Assembly: GCF_046119375.1 (NCBI RefSeq)
Contig: NW_027362772.1
Coordinates: forward strand, 206,336,001-206,400,000
Direction: 5' to 3'
DNA: 64,000 nucleotides
From: Phyllobates terribilis
Taxonomy: Eukaryota
The notes under the pieces were generated by a model. The model made no database searches. It saw only the letters and a list, made by a program, of their open reading frames with translations, and was not told the origin of the DNA. This document shows positions 46,513 through 60,212 of this stretch, piece after piece. Within the stretch, counting starts at the first letter, position 1. Every line of letters starts with the position of its first letter. The position numbers were made by a program, and so were the translations under genes.

Positions 46513-48556
46513 GTAAGTATAGTACTAAGGTCAGTGAACTTAGATTAGTAACACCACTCCAGAGCTGAACTAAAAGAGAAAACCCACTGGAGTGGTGCAT
46601 TAAATGATAGTCCGCTACCTGATGTTAAGATCAATGTTAGATTGTCAGACTATCAGTATTTAGTCAGTATTTTCCGTCAGTATTTTATTAGCTAGAACCA
46701 AGAATGAAACAAACAGAGAAAAAGTATTATGGAAACACTTGCACATCTTCTGCATGACAAAGACTGGACTGATGGAAAGTTCTGATTGAAATTCTACCAT
46801 GTGAACGTGGTCTAAAGGAAATATTTCTGTACATTTGCAGAAGACATTACAAACATTGCTCTTTTTTGCTCCTTTATTCATAGAGACCCAATGTAGGTTC
46901 TGCCTGGAATCCACCTGAAAAAGTGTCCCGAAGAATGAGCATAGTGCACAGCAATGTAAAAACTACCCGACTCAGCTCATGCTCCATCTTATGTCACTTT
47001 TAACCACTTCACGGTTTGGAAACCCCGCCCATACTTCTGGCAGCTTCCGCTAGGATGCCACTCTGTATAATTCACAGTATAGAGTAATAGATGTCAGCGG
47101 AGCTGCTTCAGGAAAATGACCACCACCACGTTCCTAAAGCGGCTTAGACTTGGGAAACTCAGCGCCTGAGCCGGCGTCTAAAAGATGCTGTGTGCACGTA
47201 GTCTCAATGGTTACAATGTCATACTATGCAATATCGGCAACAACTTTTGAGTCCTTGATAAACCAATATCAGGCCACTGTTTAATGAAAAGTTAGTGATA
47301 ACTCAGAGGCGCAAAGTTTAAAGGCGTTATAGTGGACATAGTTTTGCTCGGGCAGCATGAATCTAAGTAAGCTGAGCATAAGTACTCAATATCAAGCAGC
47401 AGCTGCAAAAGCAAACAAGATTTTAGACCATTTTCAAGCCAATGACAAAAATGAAATATCAATCATGATTTTATGCTTATCATTGGCTTGAAAAAGGCTT
47501 TATGTGGAGGATTGTTACTTTTTGATAATGAAATAAATTGTGATTTTTTTCTTCATTATCTCTGTAAACTTGGACTTTCACTTCATTCTTATTTGCCTGC
47601 TGCAGTGTAAAATGTCACCCCAAGCTCAGTATAGAGGCTTATCAGTGGTATATGGGATTCACATCGCTAAATGCCTTACTCAAAGAGCGCCTTTACACCA
47701 TTCGAGAATATGTACAATTCATCAATTTCTCACTCACATGACTATTTGAAATATTGCACAAGATCTGTCTACATTTGGTAATTCCATGAAAATGATCATC
47801 TTAGTCAGACAGTTCTGAGTTGCGGCATCTAGGTCTGTATTTTCAGTTTCGCTGGCCGACCATCGGATAATTGCATTTATACACAGCAATAAGCAGATCT
47901 TATGATGGAAAATGTTAACATACTTGGAGATTTGTTTTCTCATTTACCTAAAGTGATTTATATTTATTCTAAGGATAGGCTGTCAATGTTAAAGTCCTAG
48001 ACAAGCCCTTTAAGTTGCATAATAATTCTGCACAATAATAGCTGCCCAATACGTCTGCACACAGACATATTCTCCAAAGAGAGACAAATCCTCACTTTTA
48101 CTTCCTTAAATATTCAGGTTTCAGATTTATTAATCTTTTGGAGTAACTGATAGCACTGGGGATGTTCAATAATAATAGTAATCATCAAGATACAAATTGC
48201 CTAATAATTGTGCACACAGTGTAGACAAGTTGACGGACACAGGGTCAGGAAACTACTCCCAAAGTGTTTGCTGCTTATGAAATAACTAAAATGTAGATCT
48301 TCTATCTGTCTTCTATTCTGGGAAACAAAAGGGTAAGACGTTTAGCTCAATACTAAGAATAATGAAGACTGTGATCATACACCGATGCAATGAGGGTTGA
48401 GTGCTTTTCATAGTCACCACTCATGCACACAAAGGTTATAAAAATGCCAGGAATGAATGCATGAACGTGAACCCTATCCTTATAAATAACCCCCACTTAG
48501 GATCCAATGTTTCTCTGTTTCCATTGGATAAAAAGATAAATCCATTATACTATTAA

Positions 48557-48963
48557 AGGGAATATGTCAGCAGGTTTTTGCTATGTAATCTGAGGGCAGC
48601 ATGAGGTAGGGACTGAGACCCTGATTCCAGAGATGTGTCACTTATTAGGCTGTGTGCTGTTGTTTCAATACAATGAGTGTTTTATCAGCAGGAGTTTATG
48701 ATTTCCTGGACTAGCTGCCCCTGTGCCTCCTGGTCCAACCACGCTTCCAGCACTGATTAGCAGCTCACTGTCAATAGAGAACTGCTAATCAGGGATGTAG
48801 GTGGGATTAGTTTCTGAGCTCTGCTACATGTTACATCTAAAAACTTTTGTGTCACATTTGTTGCACCCAGTAAACTAAGTGATACATCATTGGATTCAGC
48901 TTCTCTTTGCCTATATCAGGCTGCTCTCAGATGAGGTAGCAAAAACTTGCTGACAGATTCCCT
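48557..48963. mobile_element. Kolobok/T2-type MITE
   Basis: TTAA flanks; TIRs AGGGAATATGTCAGCAGGTTTTTGCTA and TAGCAAAAACTTGCTGACAGATTCCCT. Confidence 0.8.
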
Positions 48964-48967
48964 TTAA

Positions 48968-51900
48968 CCCCTTAGTGACCATGCCGATTTTGACTTTAAC
49001 GACCAGGCCAAATTTTTGAAATTTGACCAATGTCACTTTATGTGGTAATAACACTTCAATGGATCCAAGTGATTCTGAGATTTTTTTTTCATGACATATT
49101 GTACTTCATAATAGTGGTAAAATTTGTCCAATATGACTAGCGTTTATTTGTGAAAATATCGGAAATTTGGCGAAAATTTTACAAAATTTCACAATTTTTA
49201 AACTTTTAATTCTTATTCACTTAAATCAGAGAGATATGTCACACAAAATAGTTAATAAATAACATTTCCCACATGTCTACTTTACATCTGTATAATTTTT
49301 GAAACATAATTTTTTTTGTTAGGAAGTTAAAAGTTGATCAAAATTTACAAAACCATTTTTTTAGAGACCACATCACATATGAAGTGACTTTGAGGGGCCT
49401 ATATGAAAAAAAATACCCAAAAGTGACACCATTCTTAAAACTGCACCCCTCAAAGTCCTCAAAACCACATTCAAGAAGGTTATTAACCTTCAGGTGCTTC
49501 ACAGGAACTAAAGCAATGTGGAAGGAAAAAAATAAACATTTTACTTTTTTTCCCCAAAATTTAACTTTAGCCCCAAATTTTTTATTTTCACAAGCAAACA
49601 GGAGAAAATGGAACCCAAAATTTGTTGTGCAATTTCTCCCAAATGCGATGATTCCCCATATGTGGTCAAAAACTTCTGTTTGGGCACATGGCAGGGCTAG
49701 GAAAGGAAAGAGCGCTATTTTCTGAAATAGATTGTGAATGCCATGTAGCATTTGGAGAGCCCCTGACATGCGAAAACAGCAGAAGCTACCAGAAGTGACC
49801 CCATTTTGGAAACTAGACCCCTAAAGGAATTCATCTAAGAGTGTACTGAGCATTTTTAACCTACAGGTAATTCACAAAACTTTAAAAAATGCTAGATGGG
49901 AGAACAAAAAATGTATTTTTTTCCACTAAAATACTTTTTTAGCACCAAATTTATAATTTACATGAGGGGTAATAGGAGAAATTGGACAGCACAATTTGTT
50001 ATGCAATTTTTACCGAACACAGTGATACCCAATATGTGGTTGTATACTACTGTTTGAGCACACGGCAGGGATAGGATGAGATGAGTGCTACTTGATTTTA
50101 AGAACGCAGATTCTGTCTGAATAGATTGTGGGCTCCATTAGCTGAGCCCCTGAGGTGCAAAAACAACATAAACCCCCCAGGTGACCCCATATGGGAAACT
50201 TCACTGCCTAAGAATTCATCTAGGAGTGTAGTGAGTATTTTGAACCCATAGGTGCCTCACAGAATTTTCTAACATTGATACGTGTAAATATTACATTTTT
50301 GTGGTAAAAAAATTATTTTTTCTGTTTGCTGCAAATTTGTCAGGTACACAAGGGTTAATAGGTGAAACTGGACCCCATAATTTATTGCCCAATTTCTCCC
50401 AAATGTGGTGATGCCCCACATGTTGTCAGAAATTACTGTTAGGCCACACGTCAGGGCTGAGAAGGAAGGAGCGCTATTTGGCTTTTGGAGCACAGATTTT
50501 GCTAGAATGATTTGCGGGTGACATTTGCAGAGCAGAACAGCAGAAAACCCCCAGAAGTGACCCCATTGTAGAAATTTCACCTCTCAATGAATTCATCTAC
50601 AGCTGCAGTGACTATTTTGTAACAACCACGCCAGGCTTTATTCTGGAGAATTGCAAATATGCCAGTTTGGTGCCCATACATTGTGCCCCCATAAAGTATA
50701 GAGCCCCCATATATAGTATATTGTCCCCAGCTTGAGCTCCTGGCGATATACACCCCGTAAATTGTCTCTTTCTCCCCAATACATTAATGCCTAACATGTG
50801 GCCACTTACTGTGGTTTAGGCACTGTGGGGCTCAGAAGGAGGGGGAATTTGGATGCAACAGCACAGAATTTACTGGATTTTATTTGAGGGGGCAGGAGCC
50901 ATGTCGCTTTTCCAGAGTCTTTGTTCTACCAGTTACATGGGAACCCCCTATAGTTCCAGTGACGAACCTGAGTGGGAGCTGATTTATGTGGGATCATTTA
51001 GGGTTTTTATTGGTAACATTTTGGGGTACATAATATTTTTCGATCGCTTTCAGAATAAGGCTGGAATCACATTCTTGTGTTCTACGCTGAGCGCTTACGT
51101 CGGGGTTTCTGTGTAAATCCCACAAAAAGGTGATTCAGACGAAACCCCCAACAGAACCCCCCACCAAAATGAGGCAGATGGAGACACTTTGGAGTCTCTG
51201 GCGTCTGCTCAAGTGGTATCCATCTTTTTAGGCGCACACAGATCTGTGGTCACACACAGTTTTGTACTAAAAAGAAGCCTAAAATGATGGGACGCTGCTG
51301 GAACACAGACCAGTCCAAAGTGACTCCATCTGCCTCATGTGTGAGTGGTTGCGTCCGGGGCTTTGTCTGAATCGCGGTTTTGGGGAATCTACATGGAAAC
51401 CCCGACGTTAGCACTCAGCAGAGAGCGCAGGATAAATGGGAGTCGAGCCTTATTCCGATTTTTGGGAGGTAGAATGAACAAATACCAGAATAGTTCTTAT
51501 TTTTATTTTTGTGCGGTTCACCGTACAGTATAAATGATAAGGCGGATTTATTCTTCGGGTTGATGCGATCATAGCGATACATTACATATAGTAAAAATGC
51601 TTTTTTATAGAAAAGTAGTTTTTTTGTAGGCATATTCTGAGAGCTGTAAATATTTTTATCTTTTGGCAAACAGCTGAATGATGGCTTATTTTTTGCTGGA
51701 CGAGTTGCATATTTTTTTGACACCGTTTTAGGGCACATAATATTTTTTGATCGCTTTTGTATTCAGATTTTTCAGACAGAGTAAACAAAAAACAGCAATT
51801 CAGTTATTTTTTTCTATTTTTTGAGCCATTCACCATGCGGTAAAAGTGATAAGACCAATTTGTTTGTTGGGTCGGTACGATTACAGTGATACCAGATTTA

Positions 51901-52767
51901 TATAGTTTTTTATGCTTTGCTATTTTTACAGACTAAACACAATATTTTACAAAAATAAATTTGTGTTTGCATCGTCATATTCTGAGAGCAGCAACGTTTT
52001 TGTTGCTGAATTACCCATATTATGGCTTGTTTTCTTGCGGGATGGATTGGTGTTTTTATTTATATAATTTTTTTTTCACCTTTCACCTACGACTTTTTGA
52101 TCGCTTTTTATTTGCTTTTTTTGTAAATCAGTATGATGAAAAAGCGACATTTTTGTTGTGGTTTTTTTTTTTTCGCCGTTCGTCATATGGAATTAATAAC
52201 ACATTAGTTTTATACAGCGGGTCATTCCAGATGCAACTTTTCATGATTTGTGTGCATTTTTTTTTTTTACTTTTTTACATATTTTATTTTACCTATTTTA
52301 CTTTTTCACTAAGTCCCACTGTCGGACAAGTATAACTTTTATATTGATCTCTGGCCTCATACACTGCAGTACATGAGACTCTCAGTGAGTCACTGACTCA
52401 GCCTGTGAGACCCAGCTTGTAGCTGGATCTCACAGGCCACCGTACCCTGGGGTCATCACATGATCTCAGAGTACCATGGTAACCATCGGGACCCACAATT
52501 CTCTTTGCGGGAGTCCAATGGTTACTAAGGGGGTCTTGAGACCCCCTTGTAACAACTTAAATACCGTTATAGCGATTGACAGTGGTATTTAAGGGGCTAA
52601 TCTGCCCCAATCGGCTTTAAAACTGCCTGGGGCTGATACTGCAGGGTATCAGCTGTCATGTACAGCGGCGCTACACTGTTATTCCTCAGCGCTGTTAAAA
52701 AGCGGCGCTGAGGAATAAGGCCCCTTAACGACTGCCATTAAAAGGCGTGTCGGCGGTCGTTAAGGGG
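48968..52767. mobile_element. 3.8-kb piggyBac-like non-autonomous element with internal ~380-400-bp degenerate tandem repeats
   Basis: TTAA|CCCCTTAGTGACC...GGTCGTTAAGGGG|TTAA; GTGACCCCAT..GAAA..GAATTCATCTA recurs near 49795, 50180 and 50558; no transposase ORF. Confidence 0.75.
51059..51449. mobile_element. PIF/Harbinger-like palindromic MITE nested in the piggyBac-like element
   Basis: TAA and TTA flanks; TIRs GGCTGGAATCACATT versus GGCTCGACTCCCATT (reverse complement); inverted interior. Confidence 0.65.
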
Positions 52768-54030
52768 TTAAATAGTGCACTGTGCATCAAATGAAAGGGG
52801 CACATTGGAATCACTGCTGAAATAACAATAATCTTCATATTTTAGACATCCCAGTGTATAATTATTTAAGCATCGAGGTTCCAGTTTAACTGATATGATG
52901 TGAAAAACACTTGTTAGAAGGCAAAAGCCATTGCCTCTTTTGAAGTGTCAGTGTGAGCCTGCACACATGCTCCGTGTGAGTCACCAGCAGAACAGATGGA
53001 AAGTCGCATCTTTCTGTAAATGGATTACTATCCATGACTACAATGGTGAATGTTTATAATGACGAGAGATGATAAGCTCGGGAGATGAAAATGAAGGATA
53101 ACTACGGTAATGGAGGGTATGAAATGATGGAAATCAATCTGCACTAAAACGATACATATTCTTTAATAGTTTGTATAGCGCTCACATGTTCCATTGTGAA
53201 GTACATTATCACTCACATCGGTCTCAGTCCCCGCTGGGACTTACAACTAAAAGCTCCCCTATGTCAGTTACATACATTACATACTTACTTGCAAGAAAGA
53301 TTTCAATGTCGCCCGAGGTCCCAGAGGAAGCCCATACAGACATAGGGAGAACGTACAAACTTCCTGCAGATGCTGCCTTTGCTGGAAACAAACCCAGATC
53401 TCCAGTGCTGAAAGGCAACTGTGTAACCATTGTGTGTTGTAGTATTTGACGTGTATCAGTCCTTTCACGTAAAGTCTGCCTCATCTCCCGCCATCATCCA
53501 CAAAACTAGTTCAAAATGGTTTTGGTGCAAATACCAGTCTAATATATCCAGGAACGGTCCCAATTATTTTCATGTTCTCTAGCTTGCCAGACAATTTTTT
53601 TGAGTAAGCAGTTCCCCTTTATCAGTATTCTTCCAGCACCATATGTGCTGAAGTGTTCATCATTTACCCACATGCATTGAGCCTGCAATTGTCAAATAGC
53701 TTGCCTGTCCCAAACTGAAGACTCAATTCTCTGTTATAACAATCTATAAAGTCTTCATATAATAAATAATTTCTCCCCCTCCATAACATAAACTAGTAAA
53801 CAAAAAAACAAAAAAAGGGAGGTTAATCTCATAATAAAAGGTGTCATGTGGAATAACCTACAGGAATTATTCACCAGGAGAGAAACCAAAGACAAGGAGA
53901 AAATTATTTGTGATGTAACAATAATTTCTTTATTCAATATTTAAACAAAGATAATATATACATAGTGGACAATTTGCTAAAAGGATATAATGAGACTAAA
54001 GATCACCCCACTTGATTGTCTCTCAATATA

Positions 54031-54125
54031 CAGTGGGCAAAATAAGTATTTGACACACTGACAATTTTGCACGTTTTCCCACTTACAAAGAATGGAGAGG
54101 TCTGTCATTTTTATCGTAGGTACAC
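54031..54125 (+). mobile_element. Tc1 left-end remnant
   Basis: TA|CAGTGGGCAAAATAAGTATTTGACACACTG...; abuts Gypsy integrase sequence. Confidence 0.65.
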
Positions 54126-57100
54126 GAACCGCAGGTTCTTCGAGGACAACCAAACCATGCCACCCACAGTAAACAAAACCTCTTTACGTTTCCTGTCAAA
54201 ATACTTCTTGGACTTCTTGTTAGCCTCTTGAAGGTTGCAATGTACATTAGTCCAAACTCTCTCCAAATCACCGGAAAAATTCTCCTCCTCCGGCACCGCC
54301 GACCCCAATTTGGAGAACGAACCAAAAGACGGATGTCTCCCAGTACAACAAAAAAAAGAAGAACACCCAGCAGAGGAGGATGTATGATTATTAAGAGCAA
54401 ATTCTACGAGAGGCAGAAACTCAGACCACACCTCTTGATTGTCTGCCACAAAACAACGCAAAAACTGTTCTACATCCTGGTTCTTTCTTTCAGTCTGTCC
54501 ATTAGACTCAGGATGATAACCAGACGAAAATGACAAATGGACTCCCAACCTGTCACAAAAAGCACGCCAAAAGCGAGCCACAAACTGAGGTCTTCTATCA
54601 GAAACAATATCCGTGGGAACGCCATGGAGCTTGACAATCTCCTTAACAAACGCCTTAGCGTGCAGGGCAACTTAATGAATGGAACCAAATGACACATCTT
54701 ACTAAAACGGTCCACGACCACCCAGATGACAGTAAAACCCTCGGACACAGGAAGATCAGTAATAAAATCCATAGTGAGATGCGTCCAAGGCGCACTAGGA
54801 ACCTCTAGAGGACAAAGCAACCCCGCAGCAGGAGTATGTGAAGCCTTTGACCTAGCACACACCGTACATTGACGCACCCACTTGATGACTTCCTTCTGCC
54901 ATCCAGGCCACCAAAAACAGCGACTGATAAGTCTCTTAGGGTATGTGCACACGATGCAGAAATGAAGCAGAAAATTTCTGCATCATTTCTGCATCTCCCT
55001 GGCAAAAAAAACGCATGCAGATTGTGCATGCGTTTTTCCTGCAGAATACATGCGGATCCACATGCGGATTCACATGCGTTTCCGCATGCAGATTGACAAG
55101 CGCTTTCCAGGCGATTTTAGCATCACCTGGAAAGCGCTTGACAACTAGGTCACACTATATAAATCCATGCAAACAGCATGGATTTATATAGTGTGACCCG
55201 AGAGAGTGTATATACTTACCTCCGATGGCCCGCGCTGTCCTGCTTTACACTCCGTTCTCCCGGCTGCCGGCAACTTTGAATTGAAAGACCTGCCGACGTC
55301 AGCGTCACGTGACCCGTCACATGACTCTGACGTCAGCGCAGGTCCTACAACTCACTGCAAGTGCCGGGAACCAAGAAGGAGCGGTGCGCCGGCCGACAGA
55401 TGGTAAGTATATATATATTTTTTATTTTATTCTTGTTTTTACAGCTTTTTTAATGGTACCTGGGTGTGGATGAGACTCTCCTCTCCTCCACACCCGGGTA
55501 CCATCCGCGCATTAGAACGCGCCAATAACGCAAGTACAGATGCAGTCTTGCGGAATTGGCGCGTTCTAATGCAAGTCAATGGTGGCGAAAACGCCGCGTT
55601 TACGCAAAATTAAATGACATGCTGCGGATTTTTGAGCGCAGCGTTTACGCTGCGGAAAAATCCGCATCATGGGCACAGCACATGCGGATTTCAATTGGGG
55701 AACATTGCTTCCCTTCTACTATGCGTTTTTCATGCGTTTCCGCAACTGCAAAAACGCCGCGGAAACGCATGAAATACGCATCGTGTGAACTCAGCCTTAG
55801 TCTCCGAAATTCCTGGATGACCTGCCAACCGAGACTCATGACGCTCCACAAACAAATCTCTCCTAAAGGCTCTAGGCATGAACAACCTCCCATGGGGAGT
55901 GTTAGATGGAGCATCATCTTGAGCATTCAGAATCCCATTCTCCAAAACGGAGTCCAAAGCCGCCACCACAACTCCTTTCTGTAAAATGCTCTCCTCCTCA
56001 GCACCGACCGTAGGATAGAAGCTGCGAGATAAAGCATCGGCTTTAACATTCTTAGTACCAGGGATATAGGTAACAGAAAAATTAAACCGAGAAAAAAAAG
56101 TGCCCACCTAGTTTGACGGGCATTCAAGCGCTTGGCAGCATCCAGATAGATCAAATTCTTATGATCTGTGAAAACCTGAATAGGAAATCTAGCGCCTTCC
56201 AAAAAATGACGCCAATATTCAAACGCAAGTTTAATAGCCAGCAACTCCCGATTTCCAACATTATAATTCAGTTCGGTTTCCGAATTTTTTTTTCGAAAAA
56301 AAGGCACAAGGATGTACTCCATCCCTGTTCTCCTGAGACAAAACTGCTCCGACCCCCACCGATGAAGCATCGACCTCGACCAAAAAAGGCTTGGTCTCAT
56401 CAGGCTGCATAAGGATAGGGGCAGAACTGAACCTCTCTTTGAGATACTCAAACGCTTCAATGGCCTCAGTAGTCCACTGGGCCGTATTCGCACCTTTCCT
56501 GGTGAGATCGGTTAAAGGTTTAACAATTACAGAAAAATTCTTAATGAATTTCCTGTAATAATTGGCAAAACCCCAAAATCTCTGTATAAATTTCAAACCA
56601 ATAGGCCTAGGCCATTCCTGCACAGCCTGAACCTTCACAGGGTCCATCACAAAGCCCTCGCTGGAGACAATGTAGCCCAAAAAACAAATTTTCTGCTCAG
56701 CGAACTCACATTTCTCCAGCTTAGCAAAGAGTGAATTATCACTCAATAACTGCAAAACTTCACGTATACTCTGCCAATGGGACTCTAGATCTGGTGAATA
56801 AATCAGAATGTCATCCAAATACACAACCAGATTCTTACCAATCAAAGGTCTCAGGATGTCATTAATAAGGTTCTGAAAAAATGCAGGTGCATTGGTAAGA
56901 CCAAAAGGCATCACCAGATTCTCAAAATGACCTACCGGAGTGTTAAAAGCATTTTTCCATTCATCACCCTCCTTCACACGTAACAAATTGTATGCCCCCC
57001 GGAGATCAATTTTAGAGAACCACTTGGCTCTCACTAACTGGTTAAATAAGTCAGGAATTAACGGCAATGGGTAGGAATTGCGTACGATAATCTTATTAAT

Positions 57101-58007
57101 TTCACGAAAATCCAGACATGAACGTAAACCCCCGTCCTTTTTTTAACAAAGAAGAATCCAACTGCCACAGGCGACTTAAAAGGCCTAATGTGACCAGCAG
57201 CCAGGCTAGTCTCTATGTACTCCTCCAAGGCCTTTCTTTCAGGGATAGTCAGATTAAACAAGCCACTCTTGGGAAGAGTAGCTCCCGGACAAACTCAATG
57301 GCGCAATTATAATCCCTATGAGGAGGTAAAACTTGCGACTCCTCCTCCAAAAAAAACCCTCCAAAAATCTTGAATAGGTACCGGTAATTCCCCTTTTTCC
57401 ACAGCCGCAATGCGACCATTACAACATTTATCATAGCACTTCAGACTCCAAGACTTAATCACATTAGTAGACCAGTCCAACAAAGGATTGTGCAGTTTTA
57501 ACCAAGGCAATCCTAGAACAACTGGAGAGGGCAAATTATCCAAAACAACCAAGTCCAAAATTTCTTGGTGAACTCCATTGATAGTGAGGAGAAATGCAGC
57601 AGTCTTGTGAGTAATACATTTCAAAGGAGTGTTATCAATTGCAACCACATAAATAGGTGATGACAAAGGTTTGGATTTCAATTTAAGGTTTTCCAAAAAC
57701 CGTTTATCAATCACATTAATTGTTGAACCACAATCCACAAATACCTGAAATTCAATCAAATCTCCCTGCAGAGTAGAACTCCCAGAAAGAAATACTCCTG
57801 CAGAGCGTAAACAAGCTATACGGGTGTAACTGACCTTTTTTTTTTCTTTACTTAAACGACGCTCACAATACTTAATCAAATGGTCAGCTTTACCACAATA
57901 AAGACACAATCCCTCGGCGAATCTCCGGTCTCTTACCTGAGAGCGGAGTGACATCGCCCCAACCTCCATCGGTTCCCCGCTGTCAGAGCAGATTTTCTGG
58001 GGACTAG
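54126..58007 (-). mobile_element. pol: Degraded Ty3/Gypsy (sushi/Tf2-like) gag-pol, truncated at both ends
   Basis: EPMEVG; CCHC knuckle CLYCGKADHLIKYC (57865-57906); protease FVDCGST; RT PFGLTNAP and YLDDILIYS; RNase [10 protein letters not shown] and RELLAIK; integrase HESRLAGHPG, CTVC, MDFITDLP and YHPESNGQTER. Several frameshifts. Confidence 0.92.
54939..55796. mobile_element. PIF/Harbinger-like MITE inserted in the Gypsy integrase zinc finger
   Basis: TTA TSD (54936-54938 and 55797-55799); TIRs GGGTATGTGCACACG and CGTGTGAACTCAGCC. Removing it restores GHPGISETK|RLISRCFWWPG. Confidence 0.88.
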
Positions 58008-58954
58008 TGTGGCACCCCTGCGGGGGATTACCACAGGATCCATAGGTGCAGGGAGAGATGTACACTTGCGGACACACACCTTCCACCCCAGGTCTGAGGT
58101 GAGGAGTCAGTTTCCAGGGAGACAGCAAAAGCGGCAGTTAGTCTAGAGACGGGTGAAGGAGGAGGGAGAGACAGAGAGAGCTGTTGGCTGAGGACCAGTT
58201 AAGCCCTGAACTAGGAAACTGGACTGAGTTGTGAAGCGCCCTAGAGAGAGGGACTGAGGCTAGAAGGAGAAAGAAAGAGATAAAACTATTATCCCTTTAG
58301 CTCACCCGGACACCGCAGTCCGAGATTGCTATTAATTCAGGAATAGCATAGAAAACCCGGACCCATCAGGAGGATCTACTCCCCCTGAAGAAGAAGGGGA
58401 AAGAGTTGCCAAACTTGACCAAGTATAGGACCAGGGGCCCAGAAAGAGAATTGGTAGCCCCAAGGAAAGGTCCTCATTGTCAGTTGTGGAGAAGTACCGC
58501 AAAGAAAGTAAAAGGTGGCAGGTTCAGCTTAAGGCAGGACTGATCCCAAACAACGCACACATTGTTAGAGGAGGCCTCACAAATCTCCAGAGTGAATATC
58601 TCTACCTGTACCGAAAACCTGGTTACCCTCCTGAACTGTACCTGTTACCGGACATCAGTAAAAGAAAGGTACTGAAACAAAGACTTAATGTGTGTGTGTG
58701 CCTACTTTGACATTACTGCCTATAGCGTTCGTACAAGCCGTATGCCGATCACCTCAGTAACCATACACAACGCTGGTAACCGATTTTACCAGTTACCACA
58801 GGAGGCGTCAGGACACAATACTCCCATCATCCTCACCCCCATCCCTTTACTGACGGTCCAGGGCACGGAACCGGGAACCGACCAACCGTGATCCCCATAG
58901 AAGTAATCCATCCATCCCGGTATCCGAGTACCCCTACCCCTGTCGACTGACTCA
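58008..58954 (+). repeat. 5' LTR of the plus-strand Gypsy
   Basis: TGTGGCACCCC...GACTCA followed 3 nt later by the PBS; AGTAAA present. The TSD and partner LTR cannot be checked in this window. Confidence 0.7.
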
Positions 58955-58957
58955 GTT

Positions 58958-58975
58958 TGGCGTCACGAACAGGAT
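58958..58975 (+). promoter_or_regulatory. PBS complementary to tRNA-Ser(CGA)
   Basis: TGGCGTCACGAACAGGAT is the reverse complement of ...ATCCTGTTCGTGACGCCA, a vertebrate tRNA-Ser(CGA) 3' end (from memory). Confidence 0.82.
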
Positions 58976-59224
58976 ACTGGGCCCGGTAGAACTGGGTACT
59001 GTGTGCTTAAATTGGACTTTATTGAAAGTTTGTGTACTGTAAAAAAAAAAAAAGGCCGTCATTGCTGCGCCATAGAGAAATTAAACTGCGTCACAGAGCG
59101 GAGAGAGTCGCGGGGGCACGGCTAAAGGAGCGCGAGGATAGCCCCGCCGTTTTTTTTTAGAGTCACCGGTTACTGAAGGAGTTGATCGTAGCAGCTGGCA
59201 ATGGTTAACTAGGGGGGCACCGTC

Positions 59225-60181
59225 ATGAGTGAAACAGATGATGTCCGAGACCTTGAGGGAGGGGATGCCCAAGACGCAGCAGCAGCTGGTTCCTCAGCTG
59301 GTGAGGGAGCCGCAGCATCTGGAGGGATGGCACCGATAATGCCAATTGACTTGCCGTATGTACTGGGAGCCAAATGGTTACCGACGTATGAAGGTAAACC
59401 CGGTACCTTAGCAGCTTTTAAACGTAAAATGTGTGCGGTGCTGGACATGTATGCAATGACAGGAAAACAGCGAGCCTCTGTTGTGCAGGGACAATTAATA
59501 GGTGCAGCGGAGCTAGAAGCTGAGACTTGGAGCGATGCTGATGGAGACTCTATAGAAAATGTGTTTGATAAGCTCAGAGCTGCTTTTGAAAAACGCACAC
59601 AGTCTGAACTAAGGATGCTATTCTACCAATGCAAGCAGAGACCGCAAGATACCATCAGAGACTTTGCTCTACGTTTACAAGCGGCACTCCGGTCCATAAA
59701 ACAGGTAGATCCAGCAAGTGTGCAAGACGAAGATAAACTGCTTGCAGAACAGTTTATGAATGGGTTGAGATCAGACTTTCACCGTCAGCAGGTGCACATG
59801 TGGGTCCTAGATCATCCTTAAAGGACCGTGCTATAACTGTACTACGAGACCCATTACCTGCAAAACCTGCAATCCCATCCTGGCAGGTTAATACCTCTCA
59901 CATGAACTTAGAGCCTACCCCTAAAGACTCTGTAAAAGCGGTAGGACAAGCTGTCGTACCCGAATCTGCTGATGACCTACGTAATCAAGTGTTACAACTA
60001 ACCAAAAACATGGACTACGTGCTAAAACTCTTGCAAGCCAGGCCGGAGGCACAGCCACCAAGCAAAATCCAGTTAGCTGAATCCCCTGAGGATGTTCCGT
60101 GGATGAGGAGAAAGCTCATGTCGCCCGTGCAGGGGACCAACGCACCATTCCGACGCAGAGCCATGTCATTTAAACCCGTGA
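59225..60181 (+). pseudogene. gag: Gypsy gag (frameshifted), PNMA-like capsid plus degenerate Cys/His knuckle
   Basis: FYQCKQRPQDTIRDFALRLQ..EQFMNGL capsid-type motif. Frame changes near 59820 and 60117; ends CRPCRGPTHHSDAEPCHLNP*. Confidence 0.78.
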
Positions 60182-60212
60182 TTCCTGGGTCCCAGGGCCA
60201 ACCCCCAGGAAT
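60169..60212 (+). promoter_or_regulatory. -1 programmed ribosomal frameshift signal (gag to pol)
   Basis: Slippery heptamer T TTA AAC (60169-60175) in gag phase, a 5-nt spacer, then a 9-bp stem ATTCCTGGG/CCCAGGAAT. A -1 shift enters the protease frame. Confidence 0.7.

Noticed and set aside
47350-47430. CR1-like fragment (GCAGCTGCAAAAGCAAACAAGATTTTAG)
   Set aside because: Too short and degraded to delimit as a feature.
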